IMG/VR virus record: IMGVR_UViG_3300010052_000153 | Location: 1 to 64,000 of that record | DNA: 64,000 nucleotides | Strand: one strand, 5' to 3' | Source of the DNA: a virus | Taxonomy: Duplodnaviria; Caudoviricetes | Part shown: piece after piece, positions 46,211 to 53,988 of the stretch | Position numbering within the stretch: the first letter of the stretch is position 1 | Layout of the letters: every line of letters starts with the position of its first letter | Notes under the pieces: generated by a model | Told to the model about the DNA's origin: nothing | Seen by the model: only the letters and a program-made list of their open reading frames with translations | The model's database searches: none | Program-made: the position numbers and the translations under genes

Positions 46211-46950
46211 GCTGCGATCACCTCTGGCGCCGGCACGATCTGCAGCAGATCGTCCGGAAGCGGCCGCTGGAGGGCCCTCGCCTGCTCCCAAGGCGCCGTG
46301 AGCCACAGCTCGACCTCTTCGCGGGTCGTGAGGATCACGGGCATTGCCTTTTCGTGGATCGGGCCGACGACGCCGTTGGGCTCCGTTGTGAGGAAGGCAT
46401 AGAGGTCGGCTTTGATTAGGCCTTCGCGGACCTTCCGCACGCTTTCCCATTGCGGCAACCAGAGCCCGGCGAAGAAGAATAGCGGTCGGTCCCCATTGAG
46501 GGCGAACCAGGCGTTGGGCATGCGCTCACCCTCGACTTTGCTCTTCGGGTCCGGCTCGGCGAAGCTGGTGACGGGCACAACGGCGCGGTTCTCTATGCCC
46601 AGCCAGCGTTGCCAGTGCTTGCTGCTCGTGTTCCTTATGTTGGTCGTACCGCCATCGGGCTCCATCCGCAGGAGATCGTTGAAGGCGTCCCTGTCGATGG
46701 CGCGACCCTTCGCCCGCAGCTTGTCGGCGCGCTTCGACGTCGCGTCCATAAGCGCCTTGGATGACGAGGGCATGCCCCATCGCGTAAGGGCGAGCTCGCG
46801 GACGCCGTCGGTACCGTTCCGCACGATTGGCGCCGAATAGTCCGGGTAGACGTCCTGGGACGGCACCAGGTTGCCAACCATGTCCCGGAAGTAGCCGGAA
46901 AGCGCGCGGATCGCCTCCTGGTTGGTGGAGTGGTTGTAAAGGTTGCACAT
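46207..46950 (-). CDS. SRAP (YedK/HMCES) abasic-site-processing protein
   Basis: N-terminal MCNLY (Cys2); RWGMP, TN.R, SFAEP, FAGLW and IH.KAMPVIL motifs. Confidence 0.9.
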   Translation of the reverse strand: MCNLYNHSTNQEAIRALSGYFRDMVGNLVPSQDVYPDYSAPIVRNGTDGVRELALTRWGMPSSSKALMDATSKRADKLRAKGRAIDRDAFNDLLRMEPDGGTTNIRNTSSKHWQRWLGIENRAVVPVTSFAEPDPKSKVEGERMPNAWFALNGDRPLFFFAGLWLPQWESVRKVREGLIKADLYAFLTTEPNGVVGPIHEKAMPVILTTREEVELWLTAPWEQARALQRPLPDDLLQIVPAPEVIAA

Positions 46951-47013
46951 GCCGTGGTGGCCCTTGTTGGGAAGAGAGTCATAGACTCGGCAGTTGACTC
47001 CTACAAGGAATTT

Positions 47014-47028
47014 GTTCTCTCTCCGTTC
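47014..47028. promoter_or_regulatory. Alphaproteobacterial LexA (SOS) box
   Basis: GTTC-TCTCTCC-GTTC matches GTTC-N7-GTTC, between divergent genes. Confidence 0.75.
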
Positions 47029-47030
47029 CC

Positions 47031-47369
47031 ATGCCCGAACCATATTGGCCGAAGCGGAAAGTCTCCTTCACGTTGATGGATGCGCACAAGGCGGGCGTCC
47101 TGCTGCGCGCGTTTTGCCGATATGACAAACAGGAGCGCTTCTTCCTGCCGGTCGACCTCGCGAAACTGTACGGCGACGTTGAGGTCGACGACGTCATGTA
47201 TCTGATGAAATGCCGATGTGGACGCAGTTTGGATGTGGGAGGCGCCTATCTCACGGCCGAGCAGAAGCAGACGGTCAAGGTGCGTAGACTGCTCAAGGTC
47301 TATTACCAGCGACGATCGGTGTGGGAGGACGTGCCATACGTCAGCATAAAGATTCGCGATGAAGGCTAG
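47031..47369 (+). CDS. Hypothetical Zn-ribbon-like protein divergent from SRAP
   Basis: C..D...(C.CG) motifs; starts 2 nt after the LexA box. Confidence 0.65.
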   Translation: MPEPYWPKRKVSFTLMDAHKAGVLLRAFCRYDKQERFFLPVDLAKLYGDVEVDDVMYLMKCRCGRSLDVGGAYLTAEQKQTVKVRRLLKVYYQRRSVWEDVPYVSIKIRDEG

Positions 47370-47552
47370 TCAAAAGCGTGCTTTTGTATTTGATTTCTCG
47401 CGGCACGTGATTATTTTAACGCTGTCGCAGCTTGCCGAGATAGCCCATACAGTGATCGAATCATTTAATTTTCAGATATAGAAAAAGCGGGCGTTTGCAA
47501 ACTTAACGCGACAGCAAACGCCAATCTTGGCCCAATTCCAATGGAGGTTTCC

Positions 47553-47651
47553 ATGGATGTCGGGCTTATGGCCTCGATGATTAGCATAGCAGCCAGCATG
47601 GTGGGGATCATTGCTTCCCTGCTGGTAATACGCCGAGAAACACGGCGTTAA
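47553..47651 (+). CDS. 32-aa single-helix membrane peptide (not in ORF track)
   Basis: GGAGG RBS; MDVGLMASMISIAASMVGIIASLLVIRRETRR; followed by a terminator. Confidence 0.6.
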   Translation: MDVGLMASMISIAASMVGIIASLLVIRRETRR

Positions 47652-47657
47652 AACGTG

Positions 47658-47689
47658 AAAGGCCCGCCCCTCGAAATGGCGGGCCTTTT
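47658..47689. terminator. Bidirectional Rho-independent terminator
   Basis: aaaggcccgcc/ggcgggccttt stem with A/T tails on both sides, between convergent genes. Confidence 0.8.
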
Positions 47690-47726
47690 GCGCGCTAGAC
47701 TGATAAATGTCTCGTTTCCCTGTCGG

Positions 47727-50048
47727 CTACGCCGCTGCCGGCAGCACCACCTTCGCCGGCTTACCGGTCCGGGTTGGCACGTAATCGTCAACCAATACGC
47801 CTTGATCGATGAGCGTTTTCAGCATTCGTGTCATGCGCTTCTTTTCGCCTTTGTCTTCAGCATCCACGCCAAGCACCCGTGCGATTGCGGCCCCAGCCCA
47901 CGGTTTGCCCTGCGGCGCCGACTTCCATTCTTCACCGTTGCGAAGGACGTTCTTCAAGTCGGCGAGGTTCTGGTCGGTTAAACCCTCCATGATCTTGTCC
48001 GCGCCGGGCCAAGGGAACTCGTCGACCACACCTGCCGTGTCCGACACACCGCCGCCAAGGTTTCCAGTGCCACCCTTCCCCGGTCTAACCCCGCCATTCC
48101 CCAAGCTCACGGTCTCCAGTTTCCGCCACTTCAAGCCGCCCGACATTTTGGTCAGATTCGACTTGCCTTGGGTGATGCTGAAGTAGCTGAAGCGCTCGTC
48201 GGTGCGCACCATGGCTTCGACCGCTTGTTCTTCCGTCATACGGTTCAACACGCGCACGGAACGGGCAGCCCCGATAAGCGACACAGCGCCGCGCGCATCT
48301 TCGACGGTTGCTTCTCGGTCGGCGACCTTTCGAAGGTGATGCACGACATCGATGGAGCAGTTGGTGTAGTCAGCGATCTGTGCCCAAAGCTTGGCGACCT
48401 TGTCGATGGCGCCATTGTCATTTTCGTTGACGCCGTGGGTCGACACAAAAGGATCGATGATCATGACATCGATGCCATTCCGCTCGATTAGTTCGACAAT
48501 GGCTTCAACCACAGGGACAACGATTTTCACGCCCTCTCGCTTGTCCTCTTTGGCGACGACCAGTTCCTGCTCGCGACCGGTGTCGAGAAACAGACGGCCT
48601 TCGAAGTCTGCGGGTTTCAGCTTGTAATGCAGGCACGCCGCCATGATGCGACGTTCCATTTCGTCACGTGGATCCTCCGCGTTAAACAGCCACACCTTGC
48701 GCTGTGGCGCCGCATCCATTCGCAGAATGCGCTTGCCGGATGTCATCGATAGCGCCTCGGCGATGCTGTTGCTGGTTTTGCCAAGGCCACCTGGCGACAC
48801 CGTCACCGACACGTATTTGCGGATGTAGTGCGTGCCAAAAACGAAGTCGCGCCGCGGCAATGTGGCGGGATCGATCCATTTAAAGGGCGTGATGAAGATG
48901 GGCTGAGCAGACGAGGTGGTGCTTTCTTCCAACACTTCCGGTTGGACAGCGGGTAAAGTGTTGGAAGTCGTGTCCACGTCCGAAGTTTGTGTGGATTCTT
49001 CGGACATGGACGGTGTCGCAGTGATGATGCGAACACCATCGCTTTCGCCGCGCTTGGCGCGCGCCTTCGCCAGACCGCGTTCGATCATCTCGCTAATGTC
49101 GACAAGGCGCGTATTGTCGTTTGCGGCGAACTGCGACTCAGGAATGTGGCGTGGCTGCCGCTGTCCGGCGTCAAGCCCGCGCTTAATCTTCGCTCGCGTT
49201 TCGCGCTCGCCGTCTGTCTGCGCCACACCGCAGGCGATCGCGGCTTCATAGAGCTGATGTTCGGCAGTCCCTCGCTCCAGCACACCAGCGCCGACCAACT
49301 GGCCTAGATTGAAGGCGCTGCGGTTCAGCTGGTAGCCACGCCCGCCCTGCCCTGTCGTTGCAAGGTCATTTAGCTCCGCTTCGACGGCGCGTTCGACGTA
49401 TGGCGTGTTTCTTCCGGGAGTATGCGTGTAGGCGCTCGTCGGCGCGGGCGTACGTTCTCGTGGGAGCACTAAGTCGAGTAGCCATTGTGGGGCATCCGCT
49501 ATAGGCGTGCTGTCCATATGGTGACCGTCCAGCCAAGCATATTGACGGCCATCGGCCACGCGGCTGCCTGGTGCAATGATGTACCCGCCATCGCCACGCA
49601 CGTCCACCGCGATGCCAAGTCCGCCGCGATTGCGAACCCCATCGACATGCCGAAAGAAGACATGCGTACCGCCCCCCATGGTTTTTGCACGGGCCGTCGT
49701 CGGGAGCGCACCATGCTTCGCTTCCATGTCGGCAAGCCAGTCATGGCCATCCCCGATGCCCGGCTTGATGTCCAGATCGAGAACCCATGCACCGATAGGA
49801 GCGCCGGTGGGCACTGCGGTCATCGCGTCGGGTTGGCGTTTCCACCATTCGCGAATTATGCGCTCGGTCTTGCTCGCGCCTCGAAAACCGTTCGGCGTGT
49901 ATGGCGTCTTCGGCGCAAGGAATTCGCCCGTGTTGGGGTCCATCTCCTCTTTCGCGCGGGCCGGAAAGACCGGCCAACCACGCGCGATGTAGGAAAGTGC
50001 GAGGCACAATGGGGATTCCGTGTCGGCAACTTTTTCCACTTTTTCCAT
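47727..50048 (-). CDS. Bifunctional primase-polymerase fused to AAA_25/RepA-like helicase
   Basis: GWPVFP, LDLD, GG.H and G.DVRGDGGYII (prim-pol); PGGLGKT, IIDP and VHHLRK (ATPase); start probably ATG 50048. Confidence 0.85.
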   Translation of the reverse strand: MEKVEKVADTESPLCLALSYIARGWPVFPARAKEEMDPNTGEFLAPKTPYTPNGFRGASKTERIIREWWKRQPDAMTAVPTGAPIGAWVLDLDIKPGIGDGHDWLADMEAKHGALPTTARAKTMGGGTHVFFRHVDGVRNRGGLGIAVDVRGDGGYIIAPGSRVADGRQYAWLDGHHMDSTPIADAPQWLLDLVLPRERTPAPTSAYTHTPGRNTPYVERAVEAELNDLATTGQGGRGYQLNRSAFNLGQLVGAGVLERGTAEHQLYEAAIACGVAQTDGERETRAKIKRGLDAGQRQPRHIPESQFAANDNTRLVDISEMIERGLAKARAKRGESDGVRIITATPSMSEESTQTSDVDTTSNTLPAVQPEVLEESTTSSAQPIFITPFKWIDPATLPRRDFVFGTHYIRKYVSVTVSPGGLGKTSNSIAEALSMTSGKRILRMDAAPQRKVWLFNAEDPRDEMERRIMAACLHYKLKPADFEGRLFLDTGREQELVVAKEDKREGVKIVVPVVEAIVELIERNGIDVMIIDPFVSTHGVNENDNGAIDKVAKLWAQIADYTNCSIDVVHHLRKVADREATVEDARGAVSLIGAARSVRVLNRMTEEQAVEAMVRTDERFSYFSITQGKSNLTKMSGGLKWRKLETVSLGNGGVRPGKGGTGNLGGGVSDTAGVVDEFPWPGADKIMEGLTDQNLADLKNVLRNGEEWKSAPQGKPWAGAAIARVLGVDAEDKGEKKRMTRMLKTLIDQGVLVDDYVPTRTGKPAKVVLPAAA

Positions 50049-50058
50049 TCTAGAGCCC

Positions 50059-50093
50059 TTTACACACGCGTGTGTATTGTGTATATGTGTGTA
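50059..50093. promoter_or_regulatory. hicAB promoter/operator
   Basis: Perfect palindrome TACACACGCGTGTGTA (50061-50076) plus a related second site; TTTACA-N17-TATATG. Confidence 0.65.
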
Positions 50094-50112
50094 GTCAATT
50101 AGGATGAATTCG

Positions 50113-50322
50113 ATGCCTAGACCAAAACACCCATTGAAGCCCCGCGAACTGGTGAAGATGCTCAAGGCTGACGGATGGGTGTGGAAGCGCAATGGCCCCG
50201 GCGACCATGTCCAGTATGTTCACCCAACGAAACCGGGGCGGGCATCGGTTGACATGGGTGCGCGGGAGATACCACTTGGCACCCTTCGGCAAATCTACAG
50301 AAGCATTGGATGGGATTGGTAA
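50113..50322 (+). CDS. hicA: HicA-family toxin (mRNA interferase)
   Basis: LKADGW....G.DH.QY.HP.KPG...V.....IP.GTL..I. Confidence 0.9.
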   Translation: MPRPKHPLKPRELVKMLKADGWVWKRNGPGDHVQYVHPTKPGRASVDMGAREIPLGTLRQIYRSIGWDW

Positions 50323-50332
50323 GGAGACGAGA

Positions 50333-50737
50333 ATGCCCTACGCATATGCACTCATCCACGAAGAGAACGGGTCATTCGGGATTTCTTTTCCCGATTTCCC
50401 CGGAGCGGTTACAGCCGGCGACAGCGAAGAAGACGTCATCCGCCGCGGAACGACTTTGCTGACTTTCCACGTTTCGGGAATGGTTGAAGATGGTGATGCC
50501 CTTCCCATGTTGCGGTCGCTGTCCGAATTGAAGGCCGATCCGACCTTTGTTGAAGGCAGTTCCGGAGCGGTCGTGGCCCTTGTGCCTTTTGAACTGCCAA
50601 CGCGGGCTGTGCGCATCAACATTTCCATAGACGAGAACCTGTTAGCGTCGGTGGACAGAACGGCAGAGGCGAAAGGTCAGAGCCGTTCTGCATTTTTGGC
50701 AGATGCTGCCCGCGCGCGGTTACGCGAAGCAGTCTAG
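50333..50737 (+). CDS. hicB: HicB-family antitoxin with RHH domain
   Basis: FGISFPDFPG..T.GD; RINISIDE.LL..VD..A...G.SRS.FLA; AAGGAG RBS. Confidence 0.9.
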   Translation: MPYAYALIHEENGSFGISFPDFPGAVTAGDSEEDVIRRGTTLLTFHVSGMVEDGDALPMLRSLSELKADPTFVEGSSGAVVALVPFELPTRAVRINISIDENLLASVDRTAEAKGQSRSAFLADAARARLREAV

Positions 50738-50781
50738 GCGGAGGAAGCGCAGAGGAATATTGTCGTTGTCAGCGTGCGGAA

Positions 50782-51126
50782 TCAAAAAGGCGCACCTCCA
50801 CTGCGAATGATTTGGCGCAAGCGGTCTGCGCATCCTTGCCATGCCGCCTTCACCAGCATGCGTTGCTCGTGCTCGTCGAACTCTGACAGCTCGGTCTTGC
50901 CACCGAGACTTTCGATGTAGTCGCCGACAGCATCCACGCCGCCATCGATCGCCTGCAGTTCGTATGGGTCGAACCTTCGAATCTCTTTGATGCGATCCAC
51001 CAAAAGCGCGCACTCCTGGCACAGCCACTGAGGTTTCTGTCCACGGCGATCGATTCCGATGCCGATCGCGTGACGACCGCAGATGCATGCTGCCGGGTCA
51101 TTATCGTAGTTCGGTTGTCCCGTCAT
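50782..51126 (-). CDS. Zn-finger-containing phage protein (DUF6511-like)
   Basis: C.CGR...C.EC; GG.DAVG.Y; ends APF. Confidence 0.65.
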   Translation of the reverse strand: MTGQPNYDNDPAACICGRHAIGIGIDRRGQKPQWLCQECALLVDRIKEIRRFDPYELQAIDGGVDAVGDYIESLGGKTELSEFDEHEQRMLVKAAWQGCADRLRQIIRSGGAPF

Positions 51127-51923
51127 TCCGCTACCAGGTGTTTGTTGTCATTCGCGGCGACGCACGCTGCCGCGGCCTTCTTGCCGTCGCCCTTCACGAA
51201 GACGAGGAGATTTTGGTGGGTCTTTCCAAGCTTCCGGCTCGCTCGGAATTGCTTACCGGTGCGCACGGGCAATGAGCCGGCCGGCGTGACCAGCACTGCT
51301 TCGTTGTAGAGGTAAAGCCCGCACTGCTTGAACAGGTCGATGGTGTCCCACGGAAAGCCGTAGTAGTTGCCGTCCTTGCCGCGGACGTCACCGACCACGA
51401 AGACCGCGAAGCGATTGTCTTTCAGCATCGCCGTCGAGCGTTGGATGATGTGGCCGTAAGCCCGTAAGAACTCTGGATATGGTAACGTCGATAGGTCCGC
51501 CGGGTCGTCGCTGTAGACTTCCAAGTCCGCGTATGGCGGACATGAGAAGATCATGTCGTATTCGCCGGGTGCGATAGTTGGAATGTTTCGGCTGTCGCCT
51601 TGCAACCAAGTTGGAGCGGGACCAGTAGCGATGTTCGCTTGCGCCCGATTTGCGGTCACCTGTTCTGTGCGCAGTTCGACGCCGGTGTACCTGAAACCGA
51701 GGCATGACGCGACAATGCCACGCACGCTGCCGCCGGCGAACGGGTCAAGAATTGAGCCGCCGGGCGGACAAAACCACCGGTAGGCCAGTTCGCACAGCAC
51801 CGGGTCAAAGATCGATGTGCCGGTCTGTGACGCATCGCCCTCAACCTCTGACGTGCCCACCACATGCTCGCCACGCATGAGGTCCTGGCCGAAAGTGCGC
51901 GCGAAGTTTTTCGCTGCCGCCAT
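51123..51923 (-). CDS. Amino-DNA methyltransferase, catalytic C-terminal part
   Basis: SIFDPVLCE.AY.WF, DPFAGGS (SAM binding) and SCPPY (motif IV); own GAGG RBS. Confidence 0.85.
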   Translation of the reverse strand: MAAAKNFARTFGQDLMRGEHVVGTSEVEGDASQTGTSIFDPVLCELAYRWFCPPGGSILDPFAGGSVRGIVASCLGFRYTGVELRTEQVTANRAQANIATGPAPTWLQGDSRNIPTIAPGEYDMIFSCPPYADLEVYSDDPADLSTLPYPEFLRAYGHIIQRSTAMLKDNRFAVFVVGDVRGKDGNYYGFPWDTIDLFKQCGLYLYNEAVLVTPAGSLPVRTGKQFRASRKLGKTHQNLLVFVKGDGKKAAAACVAANDNKHLVAE

Positions 51924-51999
51924 GAGATTTTTTTCCTCTCTGGAGTTGCTCGCTTAGCGAGAATCTACTATCTCTAATTCAATCTTAGGGAGAAACGAA

Positions 52000-52782
52000 T
52001 TGCGCTACGGATCAACCGAAATTGACGCGCCACTGCTGGCAGAAATCTCGGCGACCACCCGCTTCGTGACGACGATCTTTTTAGGGCGGGGGCAGTACGC
52101 GAAGCACGAATGCGGCGACCTCAGCGAAGCGCGCGCGATGGGTGTTCAGATGGCTGCCCATTATCGAAATGGACGCATCGCGATGGTCTACGCGCTGCTG
52201 TCCGACGACCGACAGGTCTTTGTTCCAGACAATTTTCAGCAAGGAGACGCACCGATGACCAACAAGCCACATGCTAAGCGGTTCAATGCCCAGCGCGCTG
52301 CCCGTTCGGCACTCGGGCAAGATGCACAGGAAGGCAAGGAGTTCACGACCGTGAAAAACGAAGACGGACTGTGGGAGTGGATTCGCGCAGGCATGCCAGA
52401 AGAGTCCGCAACAGCGCACGAGGTTGACGTGGTGGCAGAAGTCGCCAAGGTTGCGGCCATGACACCCGAGGAAGTTGCCGCTGCCACCAAGGCAAACAAA
52501 GCCAAGGTTCGTGCCGCGCGGAAGACGAACGCACCGAAAGCGGAAACAGCGACCGCAGATCTGCTCAACGGCGCAGCAGTGCCCAAGGCCGGCACAAAGC
52601 GTCGCATTGTGTTCGATATGATGCGACGCAAGGAGGGAGCCACGCAAAAGGAGATTGTGTTGGCCGGCGGCATTGACGAGTCCATGAATAGCTATATCGA
52701 CGAGTGGTCGAAAAAGTACGGCCTGAAGGGCTCGAAGGCGAAGGTGGACGGCGCCACCCGCTACTACCTGGCCGACGCCTGA
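52000..52782 (+). CDS. Two-part ORF ending in DUF3489-like winged HTH; internal start at 52255
   Basis: AGTKRRIVFDMMRRKEGATQKEI; internal AAGGAG-N8-ATG. Confidence 0.6.
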   Translation: MRYGSTEIDAPLLAEISATTRFVTTIFLGRGQYAKHECGDLSEARAMGVQMAAHYRNGRIAMVYALLSDDRQVFVPDNFQQGDAPMTNKPHAKRFNAQRAARSALGQDAQEGKEFTTVKNEDGLWEWIRAGMPEESATAHEVDVVAEVAKVAAMTPEEVAAATKANKAKVRAARKTNAPKAETATADLLNGAAVPKAGTKRRIVFDMMRRKEGATQKEIVLAGGIDESMNSYIDEWSKKYGLKGSKAKVDGATRYYLADA

Positions 52783-52819
52783 TCAGCCTGCTTCATTTGG
52801 GGCCGAATGGCAGGTTGCG

Positions 52820-52851
52820 AGGGGCGGCACATTGTGTCGCCCCTTTGCGTT
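52820..52851 (+). terminator. Terminator of the inserted plus-strand gene
   Basis: aggggcg.cac/gtg.cgcccct stem followed by a T-rich tail. Confidence 0.6.
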
Positions 52852-53046
52852 TCAGCTACCCTTAGCCTCACCCCGCCCAAGCTCCGATTGGATGCCCAGC
52901 CCCAGCCAGGCACGCTTGCGCTCTTGCCACCATCCCTCGCGCGCCGACAGCACGCTGAACGGTGGGATGAGAAACTCGTCGCCGAGTTTTGAGGTATGCT
53001 TCTTCTCGACCGGGTCGCCGAAAAGGTCGGTGCCGTGGAGATTCAT
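52852..53046 (-). CDS. N-terminal fragment of the methyltransferase at 51123-51923
   Basis: LGDEFLIPPFSVLSAREGWWQERKRAW..LGIQSELGRG is the N-terminal block usually contiguous with the SIFDPVLCE MTases. Confidence 0.65.
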   Translation of the reverse strand: MNLHGTDLFGDPVEKKHTSKLGDEFLIPPFSVLSAREGWWQERKRAWLGLGIQSELGRGEAKGS

Positions 53047-53988
53047 GCGGCGACCCTTTCTGGCGCGTTGTCGTTCGCAGGCTCATGGTCCGCTTCACAT
53101 GCGCCCCATTGGTTGCAAGGCATACCGAACTCGATTGATGGGTCGAGCAGCAAGTTGAACTGCTTTCCACCCCTACTGGTGCGGGACCACTCGACGCGCT
53201 GGCGAATGCCGTGCGTCGTGTAGTGAATCTCGGCAGGATCTGCGTGGGGATCTGTGTCAGCGACAGCGAAGAATGTGCTGGATCCCCTCTTAGATACATC
53301 GCTGACGATACGCTCCCATTCCTGAATTCGGTCGACGTGATCAGGGAACCGCACCGCTATAGCCCGCAGTTCATCCTTCCGGGCCATAATACATGGCATG
53401 CATCCAACACGCCCCATCCCCAAGTCATAAAGGGGGTTCGGTTCGATGCCGTGTCGGCGATGGTATGCGAACACATCAGTGCGCGACCACTGGAGAAGCG
53501 GGCGGTAGGCAAACAGCCAGCCAGCAGATGACATTCGTTGGAACATCGGTAGCATTGATCGCGCCAAACTCTCATCTGCCCGCACGCCTTGCCAACTGAC
53601 GACGCCCCTGTCTGCGGCAAAAATTGGAGCGTAAATCCCGTTCTCTATCGGGTAAATCTTCAGCTCTTCTGTGCAGAATCGAACGCGCGAGGAAGGGAAG
53701 CGCCCCTTAAGCATACATAGATCGAGAAACGGGTTCCCTGAAGGCACTAATTGTAGCCCGCTTCTTTGTGAAGCGTCGAGCGAAGTCAGCCTTTACCCAT
53801 TGAATGGCGGGGCCACCCGTTTTCTCAGGTAGCCTGGTGACGTATTCGTATGTCGCCTCGTGTTCATTCCCTGTATCTGCAAATACCGCTCGAAACGGCT
53901 TTCCACGCTCGATCGCGTTTAGGTACAGGGCCGTCGAGTCTTTTCCACCAGAAACCGACACGACATGCTCGATATGTTTGGGGATCAT
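53043..53988 (-). pseudogene. PAPS-reductase-family (DndC-like fold) gene split by frameshift near 53750
   Basis: SGGKDS and FADTGNE in one frame (53707-53988); GRFP..RFCTEELK, GVRADES, RPLL.W, NPLY and RVGCMPC in another (53043-53747). Confidence 0.75.
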
